The notes below the pieces were generated by a model. It did no database searches and was not told the origin of the DNA. It was given only the letters and a program-made list of their open reading frames with translations. Positions 44,576-64,000 of a stretch of 64,000 nucleotides of DNA are shown piece by piece. The stretch lies in assembly GCF_009914755.1 (NCBI RefSeq), contig NC_060928.1. One strand, written 5' to 3'. The position numbers and the translations under genes are program-made. This DNA comes from the human T2T-CHM13v2.0 reference genome, Homo sapiens. The number at the start of each line of letters is the position of its first letter. Position 1 is the first letter of the stretch.

Positions 44576-44869
44576 AAGATAACTTTGAGAATATTTACAA
44601 ACTCAGTATTACACTAAGTATATCAGGTATTGACACAGCTGCCTAAATATCCTCTTCTGTCTGCTCCCAATTGACCAAGCTAAGACTGAACAAACAGAAG
44701 TTATGTGGGTTTATTTGTTAAAATTAAGTGCATATAATTGCAAATATTTGATTGCTTTGGTCTTAAAATTTGGAATGAATGTGTACCTAATTAATTCTAT
44801 ACAGAGAAGTATCCTCACCACATACTTCCAAGTCAATGGGTTGATGCTTAAAATTTTTTGTATAATTGG

Positions 44870-45200
44870 GGTTTCATTTATTTTTAAAAGTTTTAAATTA
44901 TTGTACAGTTAACTGTATTTTTCCTTCTAATAAAGTAAAACATACCAATCAGGGCTAAGTCTCACTTGACTTTGTCCTTTTTCCTTCTCTCAGAGGGTAT
45001 TCACCATTAACCAGATGGACTTTCCAGTATTTTTGCTATACATTTACATTTTACATGTGTGGTTGTATGTTGCTTCACATAAAAGATTTGTTGCTTGAAA
45101 CATTCTGCTTCATTTTTCGCTTACTAACATGTCTCAAAAATATTTCTTTGTTTGTACATATAGGTCTGCCTCCTTTGAAATTGCTCCAAAATTCTTAAGC
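44870..45200 (-). mobile_element. L1ME 3' UTR fragment
   Basis: 'cagagggtattcaccattaac...ttccagtatttt...tttttcgcttactaacatgtct...gtacatataggtctgcc' resembles the antisense L1ME 3' end. Confidence 0.45.
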
Positions 45201-46452
45201 CACAATATACCTTTGGTGTGTAGACAAAATGTGCTGTATATCTTTTTGATCCTCAAATTGCCCAATCTAGTTTAAAAGTTAGTCATAGACGCAAAGTTAA
45301 AATGCATGTTAAATCATGCTCATTTTGACTTCATAAAATCAGTCTCTTAGATATCCTACCTATGCCTTGAATATCTCTTGAGGGAGAAAGATATGGATTA
45401 AGAGTATGGTTCTTTTGAACTCACATTTTAGGAGAGAATTGGCATCTCTGGCCATAACTTTCTATGCTTCCTCTAGTTTCTAGAGCAATGTTGCATGTTA
45501 ACCTGGTGCTGTTAGACTTGCAAATGCTCAGAATTAAATATAAGAAAGGGATTAACTTTTCATCTGTTTCTATTATCTTCCTCAAAGTTCATTAGCCCTC
45601 TGTCTTCTATATATTTTCCTCAATCAAACCCTGTGTGTCTGCCACTTCATTTATTCAGCCCATTGGTCCAGGATCCAGTGATTCTCTCTCATGCAGCTTC
45701 ATCACCTTCAGCAATAGCAGGCACCATAATGTGTCCAGTTATTCTCAGTTTAATGTCCATAATGCAAATAGACTGAAGGTGAGGTGAGAGAGAAAAATCT
45801 AAGAGCCTGTCTCTGACAGACTATAGTGCATAGCCAAGTGAATGTTGCCACTGGAGAAGAGGGTATGCCAATGAAGAATTCACAGCAACACCTCATCTCT
45901 CATTTACCTAATTTTTCTCTTCCTCTTAAGGCCAAAGCCTTGAGAGAAGTGTTCTCTTAATATCCCTCTCACCATTTTACTTTTCTGCCTCTCTCATTTG
46001 GTCTTTTTTTTTTTCCAGATTGTCATTTTCCGCAAAAGGAACAGCTATAACTTTACTTGCCCCAAGTCATAACATTGATAGTACTTTAGAGTGACCTAGG
46101 TGTCATCTGTGAAAGGAGTTTATTCTCTATACTATAGAGGAATTCTGAACAGGATCTCAAAACCTTTCATTATCACAAACTCTGCTCCTGGTAGATAATC
46201 TTGTTTTTACATATCAGAAGCTATTATTAACTTCATGTTTGCAATTTGTATGATTTTCTACTTCTCTTCAAAGGGATGGAAACTTTGGGTGAACTGGAGT
46301 AAAGTGGTCAGAATTTTTAAAAAGAGAAAAACACAGCTTTTCAAAATTGCATTCACTTTTATCTACCCATTCTCTTCATAATAAAAAATCTTGAATATTC
46401 CTACTTTTTTTTATTAAAACAAGTTTGCAATAAATATCCTGTATATGTTCTC

Positions 46453-46483
<31 letters not shown>

Positions 46484-46563
46484 GTATACATATATATATG
46501 TATACATATATATACATATATATATACATATATATACACATATATATATATACACATATATAT
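46453..46563. repeat. (TG)n followed by (TA/TATACA)n microsatellite
   Basis: Directly visible; source of the three low-complexity ORFs at 46376-46645. Confidence 0.92.
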
Positions 46564-46764
46564 GATAGTTTCTGTAAAGTAGACAATAAGTAATGGGATT
46601 GCAGGATATGACATCCTTTTTTTTCACTTTTTTGCCTGTAAACAAAGTAACTGTACTAATCTATAGTACATCAAGCAAAGTCCACCTTCACCAACACACA
46701 TTAGCAAACTTAAAAAATCAATTTTATTGTTAAAAATGTTACCTCGCTGATATATTTTCTGCTT

Positions 46765-47070
46765 ATATCAGTTAGAATGTTTTTGGTTGCAAGTTGTAAA
46801 CATCAACTTTACTTAATCTAACAATAGGAAATGTATCATATAATGAAAAGTTTCAAAACCATAGTGGCTCCAAGCACGATATAAGCAATGGTCCAACTCC
46901 ACTTGTCTGCATTTCCCTATGTTCTGCCTTGCTCCATATGTTTGCTTTGTCCTCAGGCTAGATCTCCTCCTGGTCATTTAATGACAACAGCAATTTTAAC
47001 TCTCACATCCAGACACAATAGTGTCCAGAGGCATAAAAAAAGGCAATTTCTCCCCTATGTACTTGTTAAG

Positions 47071-47105
<35 letters not shown>

Positions 47106-47371
47106 CGAAGTCAGCCTCCTGCTCCCAACAATCTCTCAATAAACATTGGCAAAAATAGCCTAATGTGTAAACCTCTCCCTGGCAAAGAATTAGTTTATTC
47201 TATACAAATATAAGGTTTTTTTACCCAAGAGAAACTAGCTCCTCTGGCCTTTCAAGAGGTACATGGACATGAGAAAGAGAGTGGAAATTGGACTAATAAG
47301 AAACCCTGTTATGAAAAGATTTCAGGATTGCAGAGATGAATGTTATCCAGGCAAACAACAGTTTTTGTTAT
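46765..47371 (-). mobile_element. MLT1J/K-like ancient MaLR LTR
   Basis: 'tcagttagaatgtttttggttgcaagt...tcctcaggct...tcacatccagacacaatagtgtccagagg...aggcaaacaacagt' is the typical MLT1J reverse strand; internal A-run at ~47074-47101. Confidence 0.7.
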
Positions 47372-47839
47372 ATTTTTTACAAGAATAAAATGGAAAATAA
47401 CTTCCCCTTATAAAGATATCCTAAATGAAGAATAAAAAGGATTCAAGTAGAAAAACATTTTGGCCTTGTATTCAATATACAAAGAGAACTAAACACATTT
47501 GAGGATAGAATCCATAGACTGTCCTGATACAAAAATTTAATTTATAAAATATTAATTTTTTTAAAATTATAGTCACATGATCACCAAAATATTTTATGAA
47601 AATATATAAATTCATAGAGATTATGTGTTGTAATGCTTAAAATATGGATAGGGCTTAAACATGTATCTTCTATACAAACTAATTACTAAACAACATATGT
47701 ATTTTAAAAAGTTAGGAAAATTAGAACACCAACATTGTAAGTATCAGTGTCTGGCCACTGGTAACAAAATGGGTCATTCAATGAAGTTAATTCTGTTTTT
47801 TCTTGCCACTGAAAATATATTTAAAGGTAGATAAAATAT

Positions 47840-48090
47840 CTTTCATGAAGTTCACATTTTAGAAGAGACAGACAGTAAATAAATATTCAAGTAAATATAT
47901 AATGAATTGAATGGTGATAAGTACAAGAAGGGTGGGAAGGAAAAATAAACAAGGAAGACAGATTACTTGATTAGGGCTGGGTGTTATTATTTTATTTAAT
48001 ACATGTGGTGATTGGTGATCTCTTACCTGTAAGAAGTGAAGGAAGGAGTCACACAGATACCAGTGCATTTTACAAGTCAGGTAGAGAGAA
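47840..48090 (-). mobile_element. L2 fragment (antisense)
   Basis: 'tcatgaagttcacattttag...agacagacagtaaat...atggtgataagt...gaagtgaagga'. Confidence 0.6.
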
Positions 48091-49092
48091 TGGAAAAAAA
48101 AAAGAAGAAGAAGGAAAGAAAAACAAGTTAAGTAACATTTTCTAGATTAGATAGAAAAAAGAATGCCACAATGGTAGAATTGTTCACTTCGCAAATGTTA
48201 TTTTTACTTATTCTTAAATTTTTTATATTCAAGACCTAGTTATAGAAGCATGAAATAACATACAAAAATTTCACCACTTATTGAAACTTTCAGCTACATT
48301 CTAACTCTGTTCCCCAAGGATACTGTAGCAAAGGAAAAATAATGGATACATCTGGATATAAATTTTTATGAAACAAGATTTCTTCCTATATTTTAATCTA
48401 CGCCACTAGCACTTCTTAGGCACATCTTCAGGCTTGCTACAAATTGTACCATTTTTCATGACAGTTTATAAACGTTAAAATAAAGTGCTAGGAATAAAAA
48501 TGTGTCAGAGCTTATAAAACATTCTTTGAGGGAAAGACATAGTATGTCTGTCATAACTGAGTCACTAGAAACAGAGATCCTACAATGGGTAAAGACAATT
48601 ATCCGAGTTCTAGTATAATATCTTCCGTGTAGCTCCTCATATGACTCAATTTCCTTTGAATTATTCATACGGTCAGTTCAATAAGGGTACGCATATAAAA
48701 CTTTTAGGATACGGTATATGCTCAAGCAATGGCTGCTACTGTTATTGTGATATCTATTATTCTATTTCACACTTAATAGACATTTTTGAGATTTCTACTT
48801 TTTTCCCCTATACATTGCGATGCTTAAGGTGTCCATGTAAGAAACATACATGTCCTTATCACATAAACCTCAGAAGTTTCTCCCAAAAATACGAGAAACT
48901 ATAGATAGACAGGGTTGAGTTATTCATATTCTTTCACTCCTAGAACAATATCTTCTTAGGTCCAAATGAATCTTCTCTTATTTAAGAGAAACTCTTAACT
49001 CTCACTTTCTCTTCCTGAGTAAACCTGCATAGGCTTCAACTGTAGTGCACTTCAATGTGTTAAATGTGAGCTTATTCCTAGGAAATGCATAT

Positions 49093-49094
<2 letters not shown>

Positions 49095-49133
<39 letters not shown>
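49095..49133. repeat. (GT)n microsatellite
   Basis: Pure GT run of about 19 units. Confidence 0.95.
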
Positions 49134-49134
<1 letters not shown>

Positions 49135-49167
49135 TGAGAAATATATAAATGATATTCTGCTACAGAT

Positions 49168-49500
49168 GTTAAAATAAAGAAATTGACTCCATTTTTTGAT
49201 GTTTGTTGACAGCTTTTAAGCTGTCAGTGGAAAGCAGGAGTGCTCTCTCCTCTGGTGTTGATGGGAGGTTCAAATCATTTAAGCTACTTTCCATGCATGG
49301 CAACACCCACTCTTGTTCCATCCCCTAACTGCCACAAAATCTACAAGTTAATCTCCTTCCTCAGGTCTCTTAGCCATTTTTTGACCAGCTTGGGAGTCAC
49401 CTCCCCGCTGCCCCCAGAATGCTTTATTAGTGTGACATTATTAGTCTTGACAGGGCAACCAGATGTTGGGTGAGGAGCCATCTTACTTACTACAGTTGGT
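49168..49500 (+). mobile_element. ERV-L LTR fragment (MER77/MER68-like)
   Basis: 'tgactccatttt...gacagcttt...gtgctctctcctctgg...gggaggttcaaa...cccctaac...agccattttttgaccagcttgggag'. Family name uncertain. Confidence 0.5.
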
Positions 49501-49519
49501 CAAAACACAACTTTGTTTT

Positions 49520-50300
49520 TTTTTTTACTTTTTTGACTCAAAAAATTCTTTAATGATACAAACATACACATTGGTGTATCAACATTTAGGTTTTTACTTC
49601 TGACTGATGCATGGTATTTTGTAGTGTGTGGTTAAATCCAACACATTTTACTTATCTGTATCCCTGTTGGAGGATACCAGTTGCCACCAATTTTCTACCA
49701 CTACAAAAAGTGTCAGGATAAATAATTTTACATTTCCTTTCATGACCCTAATTAATATGACTTGGGGATATATATCCAAGACAGGCTTAGGCTATTCATA
49801 TCCTGGGTGTCTATTTCTATTTTTCTGTTATTGCTTTTTCATTTGCAGGATTGATTTGCATATGTTAAATATTATATTCTAATTTGGTATATCCATATAT
49901 CTTCTCCCAGTCAAAGGCCTTCTTAATTTTGATGTAAACAAATTCACATTTTTCTTACTATTGGAGCTAAATGGGTCCCATTTAAAGTGTAGTTTCTCAT
50001 GCTGTCTTAACTAAAATATTCCTAGCATTTTGACTTCCATCTGGAATCCATATTTTTATTTAGTATAAGGTAAGGATCTAGGTTCATTTAGTCTCCAAAG
50101 GTGATACAGTTTTTCCAGAATTAAATAGGAAATGTATATCCTCTCTCTATTGATTTTAATAACCTCTTTATCATGTATCAAGTTACCATGTAAACATGAG
50201 ACAGGTCTTTTTTTTTTTTTCCTATTCTACACCACTGTTTTGTATTCTATGGTTTGTTACTGTGTAGTAATATTTAGTAGAAGCCACCATGCTTTTTTCA
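49520..50300 (-). mobile_element. L1ME fragment (antisense)
   Basis: 'atggtattttgtagtgtg...atccctgttggagga', 'ccatctggaatccatattttt..tagtataaggtaaggatctag'. Confidence 0.6.
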
Positions 50301-51049
50301 AATATTAATAATCGATTTGATATATTTTATTTTTATTTTTAAATAAAATATGACTGAAGTTGCATTTAGTTGCTAGTTTAACTCAACAAGCAAATATCAG
50401 TCATTTAAATCATGAATATGTAAAATCTTTTATTTATTCATATAATTTTAATTGGGTATTATGATGTTTGTTAATATAGTTAATAGTTACAAAATTTTCC
50501 TGATGATGTCATTTATTTGCCAAGATCTTAGAGCTTTCAATACTATTTAGAGTTGTGCATTAACGTTATATTCTATAATACAGTAAAACCATATGGCAAT
50601 GCACCAAATACAGATTTAAGACATGAGTTGATTGGTTTTTTAAATATTCCTATCAATTCCCATTCACAAACAGTAGTGCGATAAAAATAATCATAGTTAT
50701 TATTTTTTACAGGGCGAAAGGGAACATGAAAAAGATGGGAATGTCCCTGGATATAGGCAGCTCCAGAGAGGGAGACAGTCTGTCCTTGAATCATTACTAT
50801 TATCCCTGCACAATTTTCTTGGATTTGGAGAAAGCTATAGGTAATATACAGGTGAATATTTCTCAGATTATTTCTGTTGTTCTTTTTGGAAGGCTCTGCA
50901 TGCCAAGCTCAAAAAATCATCCATATCAAAGTTGAAGCCAGAGCAGACAATGGCCCACTGGTGGGGTCAAGCCATTTAAACCCAGCAGCAGAATTATGAG
51001 CCCCTGGCAGCCTGTCTGCTCAAATTCATCAGGTCATTTTATTAACTAA

Positions 51050-51530
51050 CTATATCGCAATATTGAATTATATGTGATTTAATTGTTTACACTATTTACC
51101 TTACTATGACAGGCCTTACTATATTTTCTAATTGCATTTTGCTGGTGCAGAAAGGTTCATCTTGCATTTGGCAGAATATTATTGTATTCTCCCAAACTCT
51201 TGAGTGGCTTGTTAATTTTGTTAGGTTTTTCACAATGAAGATCGTATTATCTTCAAATAATGGAAGTTTCATATATCGCTTCCATTTTTTTCTATTATCT
51301 TATAGCACTAGCAAACATTATTTTTAAAAACAGCAGTGAGATCAAACATCTCTATATTTTTCTGACCTCAAAGTGAATGTATCTAAATTTTTTCCTTTTA
51401 GTATGATGTTTGCTGAATGTTTTTGGCATGTAACCATTCTTAAACTAAGAATATTCTTTTGTCTTCCAAATTTTCTAAATTTTTCTTTCCAACAGATGAT
51501 GTTGAATGTTATGAAATTCCTCTGCAAATT
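51050..51530 (-). mobile_element. L1ME ORF2 fragment (antisense)
   Basis: 'ttttctaattgcattttgctggtg', 'atcttcaaataatggaagttt', 'ttctgacctcaaagtgaatg...agtatgatgtttgctg'. Confidence 0.6.
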
Positions 51531-54014
51531 AATAACTTAACATTTTGACCATAAATTCCTCTCTTATGAGACATGTTCTTGGCATCACATCCCTAAAGTT
51601 CAAACACCCATAAATCAAATTTCTAAAATATCAATGTTTAACAATATTTTTAATCATAGTAATCAAACTAAGAGACAAAGTTCAATATGAAAATCAGCAG
51701 ATGTATTTTTAATCTCCCTATCTACAACAGGTAAATCCAAACTGCCTCAGAATATACAGTTGTACTTTTCATTCTGGCTGAAATCATAAAAAATTATTCT
51801 AAAAGTAAAGATAAAATTGTATTCTTTAGATAAAGTTAAAAGCGAATATGAATGTGCATTAAAGCTACTTTTTGATTATTTGTCACCCTTTGTTATTATT
51901 CACATACCTATGACTAGATACATATATAAAAATGTAATAAAATTACTTGATAAAGAACACGTCTTAGGTTTTAACATTTATTTTTAACTGTAAATGCTCC
52001 TATAAATGTACTTTTAAATGGCCTAACTAGCCTTTTTATGAATGTCAACTGCAAATGTTCTTGTAAATGTCAATTTCTAAGGTTCATAAAAGTAGATTTT
52101 GAAATGTTCTTGCAAATATCACTATGACTGGAACTTAGTGATCAGGAGAATGGAAGTGTTTGAATTGCACTTCATTAGGTTTTACCAAATCTTAAATAGT
52201 TATAAGTCCTATTGTGAAACAAGCCCAGTAATTTATGATATGAAGAATTTACATATTTGTGTGTGGAGTATTTAGAACCTCCCTGGGAAGAAAAAATGAT
52301 TGCATAATAAATAAAATTCAAGATGATATAATAGTGTACAATAAATATAAGATGACTCTGAAGAAGAGAAATATGTATATGAGTTTGAGAAAAAGATATA
52401 GGGGTTTAACTGAATATTCAAGAATGTAAAAACTTAGCAAAGTAAATGAGTGTTTGGAGTAAAAGTACATAATTTTTATGCCTTCTTACTGTGTTAATAC
52501 AATGTCTTTAAAAGATACGTATCTTTAATTATTATTATTGTAGTAACAATGTTTTTGATAGTTACTGATATTGGAGGACAGAAATAAACTCTCTTTTTAT
52601 TTCTGTCTATACCATATGCTCAAATGCACATAAAAGCATACATTTATATTACTTCTAAATTGATTGCATCAAATATTTAATGAGTTATTGGCTTCATAGT
52701 CTTTTTCACGTGATTTTTTAGTACTCAGTGTAATAGGAACATAAAAATAATGCTATTAACAATTCCCCTTGCATTGACCTAGAGTAACATAAGCCCTTTA
52801 TAGTGATTATATATTCTGGTGAACTTGTATTGCTTTCATGGCCCTCTTTTTTACATTTTTCAGATTTATAATGCTTAAGTCTTGGCCAATATGACAACAA
52901 TGGGAACAGAAACATCAACATGCCTGACCATTGCTTTCAAAATATGTATCTGTACTGATAAGAACATAAGACAATTATGGGAAGGTGGTGATCCAAACTT
53001 TCAAAAAAACTCAGATTAAGAAATACTTTTACCATTAACATTTAAGTAATACTATTCTGTAGTTATGGAAATGTGTGATTACTAAAAAAAAGAAAAAAAA
53101 AAGAAAAAAAGAGGGAGACTGACATAGTGAATTTGCTTTACATTTATTGGTAGCATTTTATTGCTTGTATTTTAATGTAATCATGTAATATATAGTCTTC
53201 ATAGCATAATATGAATGCTTTTAAGCTGGGCCTTTCAGACATTATGACAAAGTTAGCAAGGTCACGTCATCATCAGTAAAGTTTCTAGAATACAGAAGCA
53301 TTAATTGCTTTGGTTGATTTAAAAATAAAGTGATTAATTTTGCTCTCCAATTTCCTACCTGTGTGCACCTCAGTTATTAGTATGTGTTGGCATATTGTCC
53401 TCTAATCAAATTTTTCAAGCCATCTTTATTAAGAAGTCAGTAAAACAACGTATTGAAATGCAGATTGCATTGATTTGCTCCAAGTTATTGCAAGGTAAGA
53501 GGAAACAGTTATCTTAGGGTAAATCAATATAATCTACATTAAAGTACATTGTCTCTTAGAGTGCCAGGAAATATTCAGTGATCTCCATTATAAAAGTGGT
53601 CATTGTGACCACCTTATGTGGCCTGTCCTTAAATTTATGTCCCTTGCTCCTTAAGGTAAGCAAGATTGTAAACTTTCTCAGAACCTAAATTTAGTTTCCA
53701 CTGAGTTTCCTCTCAGTGCTTCTAGTTTCTAGTCAGACAGGGAATCTCACTGCTTGGTTAATGTTATCATAAAGAAATGTGAATATCAGAGTTCTAAAAC
53801 ATCATATCTTTAAAGTAAGAATGTCTTTATATCACTAATATTCCAAAATGTATATGTTTATTATGATTTTGGTTACTATGAAATCATGGCTTTATAAAAT
53901 ATTAGCATCTCAAAAATAAATTTGTGTTTTTTTTTTCTCATATTCTTTCTTTAAAAGTCTTTACTAATGATGGCAGGTGATCCTTAACATTCTTGCTTTG
54001 GCAAGCCAGAAGAG

Positions 54015-54759
54015 TGTAACCACTCACTGAGTTCTTCTTGGCCCATACTCAGCTAGAACCAATTTTTCAAGACTGAAGAAATGCAATAGAGAGAGTCTTT
54101 AATGCACATAGAGACAGCTAAATGAGAGACCAGAGTTTTATTATTACTCATGTCAGCCTCCCTGAAAACGTGGAGGCTAGGGGTTTTCAAAGGTAGTTTG
54201 GTGGGCAGGGGGCTAGGGAATGGGTGCTGCTGATTGGCTGGTGATACAATCCTAGAGTTGTAGAAAACAGACCTCATGGGCTGAGTATGCATCTGGGTGG
54301 GGGTCAAAAGACCAGTTGAGTCAAAAATCATGGGTCCAGGTTGGGACATCTGGTCCTCAGAAATGCAAAAGCCTGACTAGACATCTTAAACAGCCAGTTT
54401 TAGGTTCTACAATAGTGATTTTATTTACAGAAGTAATTGGAGAAGTTGCAAATCTTGTGACCTCCAGAATAATGGCTTGTAATCATTGAATTCTACATCT
54501 TAAAGGAATTCAGGCCCCTCTCATCCTTCTAATTTCTAATCTTGTGACATTTCATTAGTTTCATAATGGTGGTTTACTTTTTCGGATGGGCTATTATCAT
54601 TTAAACCAGAAACTAAATTTCTCCCAAAGTTAGCTTGGCCCATTCCCAGAAATGACCAACAGCAGTTTGGAGGTTAAAGGAAAGATGGAGTTGGTTAGAT
54701 CAGTTCCCTTTCACTGTCATAATTTTCTCATTCTTATAATTTTTGCAAAGGTAGTTTTA
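54015..54759 (-). mobile_element. LTR8A-like ERV1 solo LTR
   Basis: The reverse strand starts '..aaactacctttgcaaaaattataag...aattatgacagtgaaag...ctaaccaactccatc'; flanks 'agag' / 'ggag' form a 4-bp TSD with one change. Confidence 0.85.
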
Positions 54760-54901
54760 GGAGTCTGTTAACTGTTCCCCATTAAATAATAATTGCTTTG
54801 TATGAACAAAATAAACTTTATAAACTGTTACTAGGAAAGTGTAAAATAGCAAAGGGGAGACTATGTCATCCATATAAAACTGAAATTTTACATTATAAGT
54901 A

Positions 54902-55061
54902 CAGAGTTTTCTTGATGTACTGTGGGGTTACATCCCAAAAAACTTATCAGAAGTCAAAAATATCAAATATTATTAGTCAAAAGTGCATTTATTACCCAAA
55001 TTAACCCACGATAAGGTCAAAAAATCTTAAGTTTTACCATTGTAAGTCAGAGACCTGTCTG
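54902..55061 (+). mobile_element. MER47-family (Tigger-derived) MITE
   Basis: 'ta|cagagtttt..tggggttacatccc...aagtcaaaaatatc...accattgtaagtcagagacctgtctg'. Confidence 0.65.
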
Positions 55062-55502
55062 CATATCAGAAGAAAATGAAGTAAAGGAAACTCAGAATAT
55101 CCTTTAATCTTTTTATCATGATATATCATCAGAATTTCTGAATTTTTTAATCTATGAGAGCTTTCAAAATTTTCAATAATAAAGGATTAAGTGTATTTCC
55201 ATGTCATAATAGGTGATGGTGAGTGTGAAAGGGGAGGCATAGAGAACAGTAATTTCTAGGAGATAATGCCTACTATTGCTTCATTGGGAAGCAACATTTT
55301 GCCTGCCTGATTTGAGAGTGGGGTGGGAAGTGAAATCCCAGGCTGCTGAGATATTTAAAAGCCCAAAAAATGTGGTGCTACCAAGGGAATAAGATAACGA
55401 ATTATACATTAACAATGAGTAGAATATTATGGAAAAAAAGAGTTTTCATTGATTTTTATTTTAGCTGATCTTTGCCCAAATTTGTAGTAAATAATAATGC
55501 TT

Positions 55503-62232
<6,730 letters not shown>

Positions 62233-62896
62233 CATAGAATGCTTATAACACTTCCTTTTGACTTTCCATATTTATTTCTTTTTAACACATAAAAATGAGT
62301 TTAATTGAAAATCATGTTATCATTTATAACTGTATGAATTACAGGATTGTATTTAACTTTCCTTATGAAATCTTTTTAAAATAACCCATCCATTTTTCAA
62401 AAGTAACCAAAAATCTTGATAAACAAAGAGTTTAATGTTTTATGTTTATTAGGGAATTAATATTCAGAATATAAAAAATTTGTGCCTAATATATTAATAT
62501 TATTATTAAAGAGATGTGTATAAGATGCATAATTTTCATTTTTACTTCTCGCAATTTGTTACACATTAGTAATTTGTTGTACTGACACTAGGCTAAAAAT
62601 TTCTGTAGCCATTTTCACTAATATACCTTTTGTTGATCAGCACAACAAAGAAAATCAATATTTGGATAATATGTAGGGTTTTTAGGGTGGATCAGATTGA
62701 CCATGTAAACTACATCAATGCCAACTGGCTGAGGAGGAGCATTATATTTTGTGAATTCTGTAGCTAAATACATTGTTGCAATATTAGACAACTCCTCAAC
62801 AGAAAAATGCACTCTAATGTATAGGCTCATACGCACAAATACTTAGTAAAGCCCGTATGATTACAAGTTTGGCTAATTAGAAAAGTAAATATGAGC

Positions 62897-63873
62897 CAAC
62901 ATCATACGGAGTGAAAAAAAGCTGAAAGCATTTTCCCTAAGACCTGGAAACAGACAAAAATGCCCCCTTTCACTACTCCTATTCAACACAGTTTTAGAAA
63001 TCTTAGCTAGAGATTTCTAAAACAAATAACCCCAACAAAAAGAAGCCAGAAGACACACACAGATGTGTTTCTAAGAAGATATACAAGCAGCTAGCAAACA
63101 TATGGAAAAATGCTCAACATCACTAATCTTCAGAGAAATTAAAACCACAATGAGATACCATCTTACACCAATCAGAGCAGCAACTACTAAAAAGTTAAGG
63201 ACCAACAGATTTTGGCAATGATGTGGGTAAATAGGTACACACATACATTGTTGGTGGGAATGTAAATTATTACAACCTCTATGAAAAACAGTATGAAGAT
63301 TTCTCAAAAAAACAAAAATTGAATTACCATACTATCCAGCAATCCCATTACTGGTTATCTACCCAAAAGAGAAGTAATAATTACCTTTAAAAAAGACACC
63401 TGCACTGGTATGTTTATGGCAGCACTATTCACAACAGGAAAGTCATGAAATCAACCTAATGTCCATCAATGGATAATTGGATAAAGAAAATTTGATATAC
63501 ATACACCAGGAAATACTATGCAGCCATACAAAATGAAATTCTGTCTTTTGCAGCAACATGGATAGAACTTGAGGCCATGATGTTTAGTGAAATAGCTCAG
63601 AAACAGGAAACCAAATACCATATGTTTTCACTTACAAGTGTGAGCTAAACAATAGGTACAAATGATGGAAATAATGATGGAGATAACAGTCACTGGAGAC
63701 TGTGAGAGGGTGGGAGGGGTGTGAGGGATGAGAAATTACATAATGGGTACAAAGTACACTATTTGGTTAATGGGTGCACCAAAAGCCCAGACGTCACCAC
63801 TATGCAATACATTCACATAACTAAATTGCACTTGTACCACTAAAATCTATAAAAATAAAAATTAAAAAAAAAA
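62897..63873 (+). mobile_element. L1MA/L1PB-type LINE-1 3' part with a large internal deletion
   Basis: RT-region piece 'aagctgaaagcattttccctaag...ctcctattcaac' joined directly to C-terminal ORF2, then 3' UTR 'gggatgagaaattacataatgggtac...aaaagcccagac' and an A tail. Confidence 0.85.
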
Positions 63874-64000
63874 CATGTAACTCTAAACTAGTTTGCCTTT
63901 AAATTTGTGTTCATAGCAACTCTAGTATGTGCACAAAATTGCTTGGAAATAAAACTAAACATTCTTAATAAAATGTGCTTTTATACTTTTAATTTTGTCT

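Noticed and set aside
46376-46645. Y/I/C/V-rich ORFs
   Set aside because: Translations of a TA/TG microsatellite.
47074-47101. Long A-run as a processed-pseudogene tail
   Set aside because: Embedded in an MLT1 LTR with no TSD or upstream mRNA-like sequence; likely homopolymer expansion.
48558-48648. Two AP-1 heptamers 84 bp apart
   Set aside because: 7-mers are expected many times in 64 kb, and there is no other support.

Overview
AT-rich primate genomic DNA (human or great-ape type, judged from AluY and young L1PA copies), apparently gene-poor intergenic or deep-intronic sequence. No host protein-coding gene, RNA gene or CRISPR array is supported. The listed ORFs trace to Alu, L1 or ERV sequence, microsatellites or chance. 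By eye, well over half of the window is transposon-derived. The main elements are a near-complete ancient ERV-L provirus with both LTRs (LTR16C / ERV3-16A3 type, ~4.5-11.2 kb), a full-length dead L1PA11/12-type LINE-1 (55.5-62.2 kb), a young 5'-truncated L1PA2/3 lacking a TSD, several older L1M pieces, solo LTRs (LTR53/MER54, LTR1B, MER74, LTR33, MER57, two THE1, MER31, MLT1, LTR8), Alus, MIR/L2 and DNA-transposon fossils. Subfamily names come from my recall of consensus sequences, not from a RepeatMasker run. I did not find a convincing new biological system. The observations most worth following up are the ERV-L provirus, a possible Gypsy-like integrase relic, several templated-insertion or fold-back scars at deletion junctions, an L1 insertion that may have deleted its target, and a few exon-like and regulatory-motif candidates in unique DNA.
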